The notes under the pieces were generated by a model. That model saw only the letters and a program-made list of their open reading frames with translations. It was not told the origin of the DNA and ran no database searches. DNA of 64,000 bases from Octopus sinensis. Taxonomy: Eukaryota. The translations under genes and the position numbers were made by a program. Where the stretch lies: the NCBI RefSeq assembly GCF_006345805.1, contig NC_043013.1, positions 27,900,001 to 27,964,000 on the forward strand. The letters are read 5' to 3'. Shown here one piece after another: positions 24,618 through 37,344 of the stretch; position 1 is the stretch's first letter, and every line of letters starts with the position of its first letter.

Positions 24618-24929
24618 GTTCCAGGTTCAGTCCCACTGCATGGCACCCTGGGCAAGTGTCTTTTACTATAGCCTCAGGCTGACCAAAGCCTGTTGTATAT
24701 ATGTATATATATATGTATGTGTGTCTGTGTTTGTCCCCCCAACATAGCTTGACAACCAATGTGGTGTGTTTATGTCCCCATAACGTAGCGGTTCAGCAAA
24801 AGAGACCGATAGAATAAGTACTAGGCTTACAAAGAATAAGTCCTGGGGTCGATTTGCTCAACTAAAGGTGGTGCTCCAGTATGGCCTGGCCACAGTCAAA
24901 TGACTGAAACAAGTAAAAGAGAGTAAGAG
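24618..24929 (+). mobile_element. SINE family A, internally deleted
   Basis: CAGGTTCAGTCCCACTGC..GATAGAATAAGTACTAGGCTTACAAAGAATAAGTCCTGGGGTCGAT..GACTGAAACAAGTAAAAG. Confidence 0.93.
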
Positions 24930-24950
24930 TATATATATATATATATATAA

Positions 24951-25135
24951 GAAAAAAATTTGGTATTATTTATTCACTGTCATTTGCTGATAATTAAGTA
25001 ATTATTTGATTCTCTGTCTGAAGAATTTCTAATAGGAGATATCTTACATGTTTCTTCTACATGTACAGTTTTGTAACTCCTATTAGCAAATGAAACATGT
25101 GTAATGGTGAATAAAATAACACCAAAAATTTTTCC
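24951..25135. mobile_element. AT-rich MITE-like element with nested inverted repeats (partial second copy 28055-28160)
   Basis: AAAAATTTGGTATTATTTATTCAC / GTGAATAAAATAACACCAAAAATTTTT outer IR; CTAATAGGAG / CTCCTATTAG inner IR. Confidence 0.7.
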
Positions 25136-25789
25136 AGTCTCCCATTTTAATGTGTGTGTGTGTATGCATACCTATATGTGTGTGTGTGTGTACACACACA
25201 TATATGCATGCACACAATGTTTTGTATTTAAGATTTTTAACAATCTTTAAAAATATATGAAGGAGCCAAATGCTATATTAGATCATGATGAAACCAATTG
25301 TTTATATATATTTAAACACTTTTTATGTTGTTTTCGTTGTTGTTGTTGTTATTTATTTCAGTATTTATTTTATCTACAATATCAATTTGATATTCTGTAT
25401 TTAACTTTTAAGCTCTATCAAGACAAATTTCAATATCTCTCTGCTATAATGCTGTCTACAGCAAGAAATAAATTCTATTCTATAAACACATAAATCAATT
25501 TAATAAGCAAATAAATGAATAAATAAATAAATGAATAAATTTTGTTTAAAAAAAAAAAAAAAGAAGTTGACAAGAGTCATTTTCAGAAAATGTAACTGAA
25601 ACAAAATTTCCAAATTTCAGCAATTCCAAATGACCAACAGAGAGGACAGTAGACATATTTTGAAAGATGGTGATGCCGACTTCAAAGAGACACATTGCAG
25701 AATATTACATAAAAATGTATATATCCACCACCCCAACCACATCTACCCCAACTACTTTAACTCCACAACTGAAATATATACATATGAAT

Positions 25790-26015
25790 AAATGAGGAAG
25801 AGTCTATGTGGTCAACTGTAATGCTAGAAATACCAACAAAATCTTTCTCATATCACACCCTGTTGTTTGTTTTTCTGCTTTTTTTAAAAAAAAACAAAGG
25901 CCATATTCAATAATGTGATTTGAGATAAAATATTTCTGAAAAAGTGGGATAGTCATAGTTGGGATTTGTTTGATTATCAGACTTCTTGATCAAGGTAGAC
26001 CTGGGGTTAAACAAC
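25790..26015 (+). mobile_element. Repeat family G (SINE/LINE tail ending GACCTGGGGTTAAACAAC)
   Basis: GCTAGAAATA..ATCACACCCT module also at 35735-35830, 61730-61910, and antisense at 5370-5430 and 27200-27280. Confidence 0.65.
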
Positions 26016-26196
26016 AGAAGACTAAATAAGCATAACCAGAAACACCCTCAGATACAGCTCTACACTGCCCTACCATTAATAACAAGGGTAGGGGCAGAAG
26101 CATAAGAGAAAACAAATACAAAGAAAATGTAAAAGTATAGAATAAATAAAATATATCATACATAATACAGTATGCAACACAGTATGTGATATAGTA

Positions 26197-26197
26197 T

Positions 26198-26233
<36 letters not shown>

Positions 26234-26505
26234 GTTTAGCATCCGCTTTCCATGCTGGCATGAGTTGGACAGTTCAACTGGGGTCTGGGGAAGCCAGAAG
26301 GCTGCACCAGGCCCAGTCTGATCTGGCAGTGTTTCTACGGCTTGATGCCCTTCCTAACGCCAACCACTCTGTGAGTGTAGTGGGTGCTTTTTACGTGCCA
26401 GACGAGGTTGGCAAACAGCCATGATCAGATGGTGCTTTTTACGTGCCACTGGCACGGAGGCTAGGTGAGGCTGGCAACGGCCATGATCGGATGGTGCTTT
26501 TTAGG
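26197..26505 (-). mobile_element. SINE family B, young copy with internal tandem duplication
   Basis: CpGs retained; GGCAA.C.GCCATGATC.GATGGTGCTTTTTA repeated twice; long (CAT)n tail. Confidence 0.93.
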
Positions 26506-26517
26506 TTAAATGAAATA

Positions 26518-26770
26518 CATCATCATCATCATTTAACACTTCCTTATGTTTACATTGGTCAGATGGAATTTGGTGAGGCAAATCTTCTACAGTCGGATGC
26601 CTTTCCTGTTGCCAACCCTCACCTGTTTCCTAGTAAAGTAATATTTCCCCAAGGCCAGATATGCATTTCATGGAAGACTAGAAACAAACAACCTCACTTG
26701 TATGACAATGATGCTCATTTACAGCCACCACGTGATGACTGTCTATACAAAGGTACAGACACACACACAC
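26518..26770 (-). mobile_element. SINE tail type B2
   Basis: GGATGCCTTTCCTGTTGCCAACCCTCACCTGTTTCC..AATATTTCCCC. Confidence 0.8.
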
Positions 26771-26819
26771 TATAGCTTACATCTAGTTTTTCTTTAACCC
26801 TAGGCCAGCCATAATCAAG

Positions 26820-27182
26820 TAATAAGTTTGCTTCCCAACCACATAGTTCCAGGTTCAGTCCCATTGCATGGCACTTTGGGCAAGTGTCTTCTACTATAGC
26901 CTCGGCCTAACCAAAGCCTTGTGAGTGGATTTGGCAGATTGAAACTGAAAGAAGCCTGTAGATATGTTTATGTGTGTGTCTGTGTGTGTGTATGTGTATG
27001 TGATTGACAACCGATGTTGGTGTATTTATGTCCCTGTAGCTTAGCACTTCAGTAAAAGTGATTGATGGAATAAGTACTAAGCTTGCAAAGAATAAGTCCT
27101 GGGGTTGATTTCTTCAACTAAAATCGTTTAAGGTGGTGCTCCAGTATGTCCATAGCCAAATGACTAAAACATACAAAAGAAT
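26820..27182 (+). mobile_element. SINE family A, near full length
   Basis: Head, central (TG)n, 3' GGTGGTGCTCCAGTATG module. Confidence 0.92.
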
Positions 27183-27879
27183 ATAGCCCAATATATGCTT
27201 GCTTTTTAAGAAAAGGTACAGTCTGAGTGAGAGCTGGCTGCTATTTCTAGCAGGCATGCAACCATGTACAACTCCCTAATTGGCATGCATAGCTTATATT
27301 GTTTTTATAGCTGTATGGCCTTGCAACTACTAATACTTCCACCACGTAAAAAAAAAAAAAAAAAAAAAGGGTGGATCCACTGTTGACCATGCATACTGGG
27401 ACTAGCAGAGTTATCTGCTCAGCTCAAGGATACAAACACCATTGCTGATGAATAGATGCAGAAGTAACTGTTCCTTAAATCCCCACCCAGAAAAACAGAA
27501 TCTAAAACTTGAATTAGTGTTAAGGAAATCGTTCAAGACTAAAGCATATTTTTATTAACTCTGAAAAGAAATTAAATTTGCAAATATTAAAATTGATGCA
27601 AATTTAATATTTTAATATTTAGCAAAAAATAAACAGTAAATAAATAAGCCACAAAATTTGGATCTTAATATATACAACGTATTTTTATTTTCAAGTATCT
27701 GTTCACACACACACACACAAATAGATGGATGGGTGGGTAGTTACATAGATAGATAAAATTGCTTTCATACAACTATGGTAATTAATTAGTATTCCTAATT
27801 TTTTTTTAGTCAGAGTTGTTATTACTTCCTTTATATCTTTCTAATGGTTTAAATGTAAAACAAGTTATCTAATAACGTG

Positions 27880-28375
27880 TGGGCATAACTGTGAAGATGA
27901 GAAGTTTGCTTTGCAACTATGAGGCTTTGGGTTCAATCCCATAGCACTGCACCTTGTGCAAGTGTTTTCTACAAAAGCCTCAGGCTGACCGATGCCCTGT
28001 GAGTGAATTTAGTAGATAGAAACTGTGTGGAAGCTCATCAGTATATGTAAGTAAGGTAGGATAGTAGGAAATTGCTTACATTTTTATCTAACATGTAAAA
28101 CTCTGTAATTCCTAATAGCAAATGAAACATGTGTAATGGTGAATAAATAATACCAATGAATGTTCCAACTTCCTGTTTTGTTCTACACACACACACACAC
28201 ACACACATATCTGTGTGCTTCTGTGGTTTGGCAAAAAGGCCTGACAGAACAAGTACCAGAATTAAAAAGACAAGAATTAAGCACTGGGGTCGATTTGTTC
28301 GACTTAAATCCTTCAAGCTAGTGCCCCGACATGGCCACAGTCAAATACTTAAACAAGTAAAAGATAAAAAATAAA
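27880..28375 (+). mobile_element. SINE family A split by a MITE-like insertion in its central microsatellite
   Basis: Head 27880-28035, tail 28210-28375; insert homologous to 25040-25125. Confidence 0.8.
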
Positions 28376-29474
28376 ACATAATGATATATATCCTTCTTGT
28401 TTTTGTAGATTTTAAAATTCTATTTCATCCAGCTCAAAACTGGTTGCCCTTCTAGCTTTTAATGAATAAATTTAAATTAATATTATAACAAGATATGTAA
28501 CCGTTGGATTCTTATATCTCATGATTCATAACTGTATTTAGATTTTTTTTTTAAATCTTTTAAATAAGAATGGACTTGACCATGATAAATGAAGCCTTTC
28601 TATTTCTAAATAATTTGCTTTTATAAAGGATGCTTTTGCATACCCCACTCCATTTTTGCTAAATATCATCATCATCATCATTTAATGTCCTTTGTCCATG
28701 CTGGTATGGGTTGGATGGTTTCAAGCCTCACAGTTTTATTCAAGAATAGATTTTAATAACATCATGCGCCTCACAGAGGCAATGACTAGTGACCGAAACC
28801 TTTGGCAATATGCAGTGCTTGAGAAGTCCCGTCAAGCCAAGTGAAATCATAGTTATGGCTGATGCTGGTGCCACATAACCGGCATACATGCTGGTGGCAT
28901 GTAAAGGGTACCTTTTGAGCATTGGGCCTCACGAATGCAATGACCGAGACCTTTGGCATTACGTCATGTTTGAGAAGAAGAATAGTATTTTAACTGCTAT
29001 TTCTAAATTTTGGTATGTGGTGAAGCAATTTTTGCTGAACCGTAATTATAATTATGCTCATAATTATAAAATTTTTGTATAAGTTTACCGATAATGGTTC
29101 TTTTAACATACCAAACTACTTGGTAAAATTATTAATTATTAATTGATTAATTAATTTTACCCTTTATTATTATTATATACATATAAATATATATTATCAG
29201 GGACGTGCCGCCTAAGTAGGTGGGGCAGGTAGTGCCTGCCTTGAATAAAATAGATCGGCAGCAACATTTTTCTCTCATGGCAAAATATGCACCTAATTCA
29301 ATAAAATTATGAAGGTTGCTCTGATTATTATGCATAAAATACAAATTTTTTTTTTTTGTTGATTAGGTCGGCATAATTCGCCCCTGCTTTTCAATCTCAG
29401 TATTTAAACTACATATAGTACTGGTATACTACAAGTGCTGCGTATATTTCTACAACACTGTTTTCTTTATGTGC

Positions 29475-29658
29475 TATAAAGGCAGAAATAGATCTGCCTT
29501 CAACTCAGTTGCGCACTTGTGTTTCGTTTATTTTTAGTGTGTTTTACTTGCATAAAGATCACCAACTGCCTACCCTGAGTAATTACTGATGGCAAAATAT
29601 GAATGAGAAGCAGCCTGAAAGATATAAACAAAACTGAACACACTTACACGAGGTATGT
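29475..29658 (+). promoter_or_regulatory. Candidate TATA + Initiator core promoter and first exon with GT donor
   Basis: TATAAAG at 29475, TCAGTT at 29505-29510 (A+1=29507, TATA at -32), GAG|GTATGT donor after 29652; locally more CpG, no recognised repeat. Confidence 0.4.
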
Positions 29659-29762
29659 GTTTTAACGCAAGATGAACCGATGAGAATATATTCTCTTATG
29701 CCCATAAATCACAGCCTACCAACAAACAGGAAAATACATCTTGGGTATATATGCTGTGATAT

Positions 29763-29796
<34 letters not shown>

Positions 29797-29924
29797 ATAT
29801 ATATATAATATATTATTGATGCCATAAGAATTTATAGACTTTGAGAGAGTGTGTAAAAATTCGTTTCTGGAATGGTGGATCTTAGAGCAAATAAAGCTAT
29901 AAGTAAATAGGATGTAAATATTGG

Positions 29925-30070
29925 GTTTCTGTCAATCTAATCCACTTTCAAGGCTTTTGTTATCCCTGGGCTATAGCAGAAGACAATTGCCCAAAGAGCC
30001 ATGTTATACGCTTGAACCTGAAACCATGTAGTTGGGAAACTAACTTCTTAACTATGTAGCCATACCTGCA
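29925..30070 (-). mobile_element. SINE family A 5' half
   Basis: AATCCAC..CAAGGCTTT..GCTATAGCAGAAGACA.TTGCCCAA..ACCATGTAGTTGGGAA. Confidence 0.8.
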
Positions 30071-30169
30071 CACACACAGAGAAATGTATATCCATATGTG
30101 TGTGTGTGTGTATGTGTGTGAATACACACACATATTCACACACATGTGCATATGTCTCTCTGTCTCTAT

Positions 30170-30294
30170 CTTATATATATATATATATACATATATATAG
30201 GTGTATATCATACACCTTATATATATAGGTGTATGATATAGTGTGATGTGTGTGTATATCTATATACACACTCCCATATATGTGTGTGTGTATG

Positions 30295-30362
<68 letters not shown>

Positions 30363-30477
30363 ACATACATAGATATATATATAACATACATATACATACA
30401 TACATACATATACATACATACATACATATCTATATATATATACATATTTATATATATATATATATATATACATACAT

Positions 30478-30526
<49 letters not shown>

Positions 30527-30535
30527 CATACATAT

Positions 30536-30568
<33 letters not shown>

Positions 30569-30610
30569 TACATACATACATACATCATACATACATATAT
30601 ATATATATAA
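30170..30610. repeat. (TA)n/(TACA)n compound microsatellite
   Basis: Direct reading. Confidence 0.97.
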
Positions 30611-31104
30611 GAGAGATAGGGAGGAAGCAATGATAAAAATAGTGGACTGAACAGGTAGCATTATAATCTTGAATATTACCACTTGCTGTGTAACCAAAGA
30701 GAACATCACATTTCAAACCTAAGAATCGGTTTAAAATTAGAGTTCACTGAATTTTTTTCTTTTTTCAAAGTTTTACTATTTCCATCATTTATCATTCTCT
30801 CAGACGTAGCATGTTTACTCTACTTAGCCATTCCACTGAATGGAATGGTGAGATAATGAAATAAAATATATTTTGGCTAAAGCATTGTGTGTTATGGTAA
30901 TAATAACTCCACAAAATCAAAAGAAAATAAAAATTTTAGCAGCATATTGCTTCTGAAAGACGTGTTATGGAAATAGAGTTAATATAGAAATAAATATAAA
31001 ATTATGGCAAGCTGGAAAAAAAAAATGGTGTTTTATATATGTATATATATATATATATGCAAATTTTCCCAAGGAAAATGTGTGTGTGTATTTATATATA
31101 TATG

Positions 31105-31300
31105 TTCTTTTATTTGTTTCAGTCGTTTGACTGCGGCCATGCTGGAGCATCGCCTTTAGTTGAACAAATCGACCCCAAGACTTATTCTTTGTAAGCCTAG
31201 AACTTATTTTATCGGTTTCTTGTGCCGAACCGCAAAGTTATGAGGATGTAAACACAGGAACATGGGGTTTGTAAGTGATGGTGGGGGGGGGGGAACACCA

Positions 31301-31347
<47 letters not shown>

Positions 31348-31425
31348 TACAACGAGATTCTTTCAGTTTCGTCTATCAAATCCACTCACAAGGCTTTGGT
31401 TGGCCTGAGACTATAGTAGAAGACA
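31105..31425 (-). mobile_element. SINE family A, 5'-truncated
   Basis: GTTTCAGTCGTTTGACTGCGGCCATGCTGGAGCA..AAATCCACTCACAAGGCTTTGG. Confidence 0.92.
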
Positions 31426-32526
31426 GATATAGGTGTCTTGCTGCAGAGTAGACACACGGATACTTCAGTTGGAAAAGAAAGGAGAGTAAGTTAGAGAGTA
31501 AGATAAAGAGAGCAACAGTGGGAGAGATGATGGCAAAGATGTGTCGGGACATGCTCTCAAGTGACATTGGTGATGGTGAGTAAATAATGATAATAATTTC
31601 TTTTTTGTTTTAATTCATTAAAACAAATCTACAAAAATGCAGCTGTATTGAAATGTTTGTGAGAAGTTTGTGAAATTTCTAAACCAAATTTCACATCACA
31701 TACTGATATTGTGTTAGATAATGCTATCACATGTCAAATACATGTCACTGATAATGAAAATCACACCTTTGATTAAAGAAATAATAATGATACACATATC
31801 TCGGAAGCTTTTCAACTTGGAAAATTTAAATTGAAATACTGTCAGGCTAAAAACTCATACACCCTCATTTCTCCCTCTCTCTCCTACTCTCCCCCCCTCT
31901 CTCTATCTCTCTCTTTCTCTAAGAGAAACAGACTTGGAGATTAATTTAAAAAACAAGTCACCGTAATGACAGAAATTGCCCATCATGCAAGACAACTAAT
32001 TGGAGGAAGGTTTTATTCTGATTAAATATATTTGGAAATTTAATATAATCTGAAGATAAACATTTCTTAAATAATAATAATTACAAAAACACAAAAAAAA
32101 ACTGAATCAAGTTTAATTAAAACACAAAATGGCAAAAACACTGAAAATGTTTACAACTCATCCTTACACACACACACACGTTCACACTTATGCTGACTCT
32201 CTTCATCTCTTACACACATATACAATATTTTGGCATACCATACAATAGCATTACCGCAACAGTTTAGTGTATGAAAGTGTATCTAATGTCAATAAAATAT
32301 TATATGAGAAATATATGTAACTAGTTTTACTGTAGAATAATGTTAATGCTACGGTTACATCCTGACTATTTTCAGTAAGTCAGGTGATTACCCATATCAT
32401 TCCATTTCTCAAGTATTGCAATATTTTTGGTCAATCTTGTAAAAGACATTTGCCTAAGGTTCCATGCCCTGAGATAGACTCTGGAATCATGTGGTTGCAA
32501 ATAAAACTAGTAAACTAAACAGCTAT

Positions 32527-32840
32527 GGAGGCGCAATGGCCCAGTGGTTAGGGCAGTGGACTCGTGGTCGTTGGATCGCAGTTTCGATTCCCAGACCGGG
32601 CGCTGTGTGTGTTTATTGAGCAAAAACACTTAAAGCTCCATGAGGCTCTGGCAGGGGGTGGTGGCGACCCCTGTTGTATTCTTTCGCCCCAACTTTCTCT
32701 CACTCTTTCTTCTTGTTTCTTGAGTAACGGTGTGATGGACTGGCGTCCTGTCCAGCTGGGGGGAACACATACACTATAAAACCAGGAAACCGGGCACATG
32801 AGTCTGGCTAGGCTTGAAAAGGGCACATAAATAAAAAAAA
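32527..32840 (+). mobile_element. tRNA-derived SINE family C, full length with 12-bp TSD, inserted in an old family-A head
   Basis: A box TGGCCCAGTGG, B box GTTTCGATTCC, GATGGACTGGCGTCC module, A-rich tail; TSD TAAACAGCTATG at 32516-32527 and 32841-32852. Confidence 0.95.
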
Positions 32841-33417
32841 TAAACAGCTATGCTCGTATCTAAAGATATCCTGCCCTGCCACTGTTATGTCGATGAGTGG
32901 AACTATGGGCATCCATGACTAGATTTGTGATGAATGCTGGAGTGGTCTTCTGTTGCCTTCATTATAGAGAGCTGCAAGATCTTACAATGTAGAGAGCAAT
33001 GAAGAGAACTCTCAATGTAGAGAGTCTATGCATTTACAAACAGACACATGCTTGCTTTTTGCTTTGAAATTTTCAACTTATTTTGTATTTGCCATAGCAA
33101 AAAAATGTAATAAAATGTCGAAACTGGTATAGTATTTTTTAAAATTTTCATTTTAAGACCCAAGTACATTTTCAAAGCTGAAATAATTTTCTAACATTCC
33201 TGCTTGTACAGAAGTAAACCATTTTTGCATATATACACACACACACATATGAATCAAAATTATATAGAATCAGACTTTAAATGATGATATTGATATATAT
33301 CATTGTTAATCGGTAGGTATTACAAAGTGGCTCAAGAGTTGAGAGTTTCATGCAGGGCATGGACCCCCATCTCTTGAGTCACATTGGAACATCTGCTGAC
33401 TAATAATATATATATTT

Positions 33418-33818
33418 TTTTACTTGTTTCAGCCTTTTGACTGTGGCCATACTGGAGCACTGCCTTTAATCAAACAAATCAACCCCAGATCTTATTCTTT
33501 GTAAGCCTAGTACTTATTCTATCAGTATCTTTCACTGAACTGCTACGTTATGGGGACGTACACACACCACCATTGGTTGTCAAGCGATGGTAGGGGAACA
33601 AACACAGACACATAAGCGTGCGCGCACACACACACACACACATCAGGCTTCTTTCAGTTTCCGTTGACCAAATCCACTCACAAGGCTTTGGTCAGCCTAA
33701 GGCTTTGGTCAGCCTGAGGCTATGGTAGAAGACATTTGCCCAAGGTGCAACACGGTGGGACTGAACCTGGAAGCATGTGGTTGGTAAGCAAGCTACTTAC
33801 CAAACAGCCACCCCTACG
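33418..33818 (-). mobile_element. SINE family A, full length
   Basis: All modules present; internal duplication of AAGGCTTTGGTCAGCCT. Confidence 0.94.
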
Positions 33819-33819
33819 C

Positions 33820-33853
<34 letters not shown>

Positions 33854-34159
33854 CATACACACTCTCATACCTTTAGTTCTACTTTTCTTATCTCTCTCTA
33901 CATGCACACACACACACACACACGTATGTATGTATGTATGTACGTATGTATGTATACAAAGTGAGTGAGAGAGACAGAATTTTGAAATACAAATAGCCAA
34001 CAATTCTAGATATCAAAACTACTACTACTACTACTACTACTACTCTGTTATGCAAGAACCTGTTGTATAAATGGCATTTTCATATAAATACCTTTTCGGT
34101 TTTTCTTTTTAAATATCAATTATTTAAGGTCTCAATGCATTTTGTCCAACTAAGGCGCA

Positions 34160-34286
34160 TTCTCTCTCTCTCTCTCTCTCTGTATGTCTGTGTGTGTATA
34201 TATATATGTGTGTATATATATATACATATATATGTGTGTATGTGTATATACATACATATATATATATGTATACATACATATATATG

Positions 34287-34319
<33 letters not shown>

Positions 34320-34320
34320 G

Positions 34321-34352
<32 letters not shown>

Positions 34353-34450
34353 TGTATATGTGTATATATATGTGTATATATATATGCATATATACATATA
34401 TATGTATATATATATATGTGCATGTGTGTGTGCATATATATATATATATA
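34160..34450. repeat. (TC)n + degenerate (TA)/(TG) microsatellite
   Basis: Direct reading. Confidence 0.96.
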
Positions 34451-35959
34451 ATGTTTTTTGTAGCTGAGTGAGAAAACGAATAAAAACTCTTATATGGATG
34501 CATATTTTAGTTATTTAAATATTCCCTTTATAAAACATTGTATAAAACAATTTTAAGAAAGAAGGTTCATAGCATTTGTACATATTGTATAGAAATTTAT
34601 TTATGGTAGGATTTCCACATAGCACCAGCAAGGCTGCAGAACTGCAGAACACTACTACAAATACTTTGTTGATTGTAAGAAGTCAGTGCTAACTGGAAGG
34701 CAAATATTTCTTAAATAAGTAATGCCTGCATCTAAGTATACGAGTGCATGCATTTATTATTCTTGGTCATAATTTTTCCGTGCATTTTTAGCTATTTATA
34801 AACGTATGATAAAAGATTACAGACACTACTGTTTGCTTGAGCTAAGGTTTTTATTTCTCTTTTATTCAACCATGCTCAGGTCATTCAACATAATCTTCAG
34901 GAAACTTTATCGTAGATATGTATTGTTAAAAAGGAAAGAAAGAAAACTACAATGAATCATAATGCAAAAGAGGAGATTGAGTAAGAGATAAATATTCTAA
35001 GATGTGCAAGGATTAATATGATTATTAAAAACAATGACGAAAATATTTTATTAAACTACTCAAGAATTAATGCTATTATACATGTGTATGTGTGTATGTA
35101 TAAATTTATGTATGTATGTATGTGTATATATATATATATATATGAATTATAGAAAAAATGAATATATATATATATGTATGTATGTATGTATGTATGAATT
35201 ATAGAAAAATCAATTAGTTTAAAAGGATAAAATTTTAATAACAAAAACTGAAAATTTAATTTATTTTCTAGGATCTTTTATAGCTGCTATTTAAAATTCT
35301 GAATATTAAAAAAAAATCTAATTTTGTATGAAAATTAATTACTTATATAAGTAAGTTGAATATGAAAAAATATCTTCTTAATACCCACTAGATGGTTCTT
35401 ACAGAATTTAATGTTTTAAAAATTCATTTCTCATTCCCATTTCAGTGATGTTCACCAATTCTAACATCACTGAAGATCTTTATGATGTTATTGAGTACAA
35501 ATTGAATCGATCAAGAATATATCAAAGCTGCTAGTATTCTGGGTTCAATGTTAGCATCTTTGCACTCACCCTGAAGCTTTTGTAACTGAATGTAATCTAT
35601 TCATAGATAAATTGCACTCACATCTTTATTTTTTTTGTCTTTCTTTTGGTTCATTTTTATTAAATGATTTAAAAAGATGTTCTTTAACCTGATCTTATCA
35701 ACTAGCGAATTCTCAAACCAATGATGAAACTTCAATGTGGTCACTGAAATAGCAACTAAATCCCCCTCATATCACACCCTTAAAAAAGGGATTCAAAATT
35801 TGCATAACGTAGTTGGAAATACATTATTCTTTTAATGGTTTCAGTGTTGGACTGTGGCCATGCTGTCACCAATAGGTCTAGTCAAAATAAAATTAATTAG
35901 CGTTTTCGAATGAAAAACAACAACAGGTATACAATTTTAGTGCGGTAAACACAGGTTCT

Positions 35960-36187
35960 TTAACCCTTTTGATACCAACCCAGCTGAAACTGGGTCTGGC
36001 TCTGTAGAACAAATGTTTTGTTTTCATAAGTTTTGAATTAAAATCTTCCACCAAACCTTAGTCACAATTTATGTTCCTAACATTAGCTTAATGATAACTA
36101 AGCTATTTTACTAAGTTCTTTGTTATATTTAAAATTAATTGAAAGAAACAGAGCATCTCAAGACAAATATGGTAATGAAAATGTTAA
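35960..36187 (+). mobile_element. piggyBac-like MITE family F2
   Basis: TTAA-CCCTTTTGATACC...GGTAATGAAAATG-TTAA; TTAA on both sides. Confidence 0.8.
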
Positions 36188-36494
36188 GAATCCTCAACCA
36201 ATTTTATCTTTATAACCAATACAAAATCTGTATAACAGAAATTATAGGAATTGTGAGTGACTTGAGAGAATTAATTGTGAGCTACCAGCAAATGTAATCT
36301 GTGACCCAGGTTTCATTTTGGATGTTTGAGCTATTGTAAAGTATTTTCTCTCAAATATTGCTAATGTACATGTAAAAGATATGAACATCACAATCCAATT
36401 TGCTCAATGTTTCCATGAATTCAACAGAAACGGTCAGTACAGAAAGTTACTTCAGAAAACAGAGGTGAAACCATTGACTGTGAAGGGTATCTTT

Positions 36495-36920
36495 TATCTG
36501 TTATCTCTTATTTGTTTTAGTCATTGGACTGCAGCCATGTTGGAGCACTGCTTTGAAGGGTTTTAGTCAAAACGAATCAACCCCCCAACACTTATTTTGT
36601 TTTTGAAGCCTGGTACTTACTATTCCATCAGCATCTTTATATCAACATCCTTATAACACCTTTAAGTTATAGGGACATAAACAAACCAACAGCAGTCATC
36701 GAGCAGTGATGGAGGACAAACATGCATGCACACACACACAGACACATGCGCACACACACAATGGGCTTCTTTCAGTTTTCTTCTGTCAAATCCACTCCCA
36801 AGACTTTGGTCAGCCCAGGGTCATAGTAAAAGCCACTTACTGAAGGTGCCACACAGTGGGACTGAACCCAGAACTATGTGTTTGGGAAGCAAACTTCTTA
36901 CTACACAGATACATGTTCCT
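36495..36920 (-). mobile_element. SINE family A, full length
   Basis: Homology to 46952-47357. Confidence 0.9.
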
Positions 36921-36984
36921 TTTTTATAAAGACTGAAATAACCAGATGCACAGCAAAAGAGGACTAAAAGATGGGGAGGGCAAT

Positions 36985-37200
36985 TTTTTTCTACTTTAGG
37001 TACAAGGCCCGAAATTTTTGGGAAGGGGGTCAGTTGATTAGATCGACTACAGTACACAACTGGTACTTAATTTATTAACCCCAAAAGGATGAAAGGCAAA
37101 GTTGACCTTGGCAGAATTTGAACTCAGAACGTAAAGACAAATGAAATACCACTAAGCATTTCACCTGGCATGCTAACATTTCTGCCAGCTCACCGCCTTA
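36985..37200 (-). mobile_element. tRNA-derived SINE family D, full length
   Basis: Reverse complement GGCGGTGAGCTGGCAGAA..GAGTTCAAATTC (B box)..CTTTGCCTTTCATCCTTT.GGGG..ATAAATTAAGTACCAG. Confidence 0.9.
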
Positions 37201-37344
37201 GATGCAGAGGGTACCTTAGATGCCTCTAGGTACCATTGTGAAGAAAAGGTGCAAAGTTTCTTCTGGTCTATCATTCCTGTTAATTAATGCATAATAATCT
37301 CTGGTCTTGTTGTTGTTTGTTTTAACTTTTTTCATAAGACATTC

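Noticed and set aside
26671-26681. 11-nt match to miR-7 (TGGAAGACTAG)
   Set aside because: Within a SINE tail; remainder does not match
29198-29386. hAT-like ends CAGGGACG / CGCCCCTG
   Set aside because: Only 7/8 match and no TSD; could be chance
31835-31846. 12-nt match to miR-8 (AATACTGTCAGG)
   Set aside because: First base and 3' half differ; no precursor hairpin
32527-32600. tRNA genes at A/B-box sites (also 6583, 46022, 50701)
   Set aside because: No complete cloverleaf; continue into SINE bodies with tails and in some cases TSDs
35445-35575. C/D box snoRNA (TGATG..CTGA pairs)
   Set aside because: C boxes imperfect (TGATGT); no terminal stem outside the boxes; no recognisable guide
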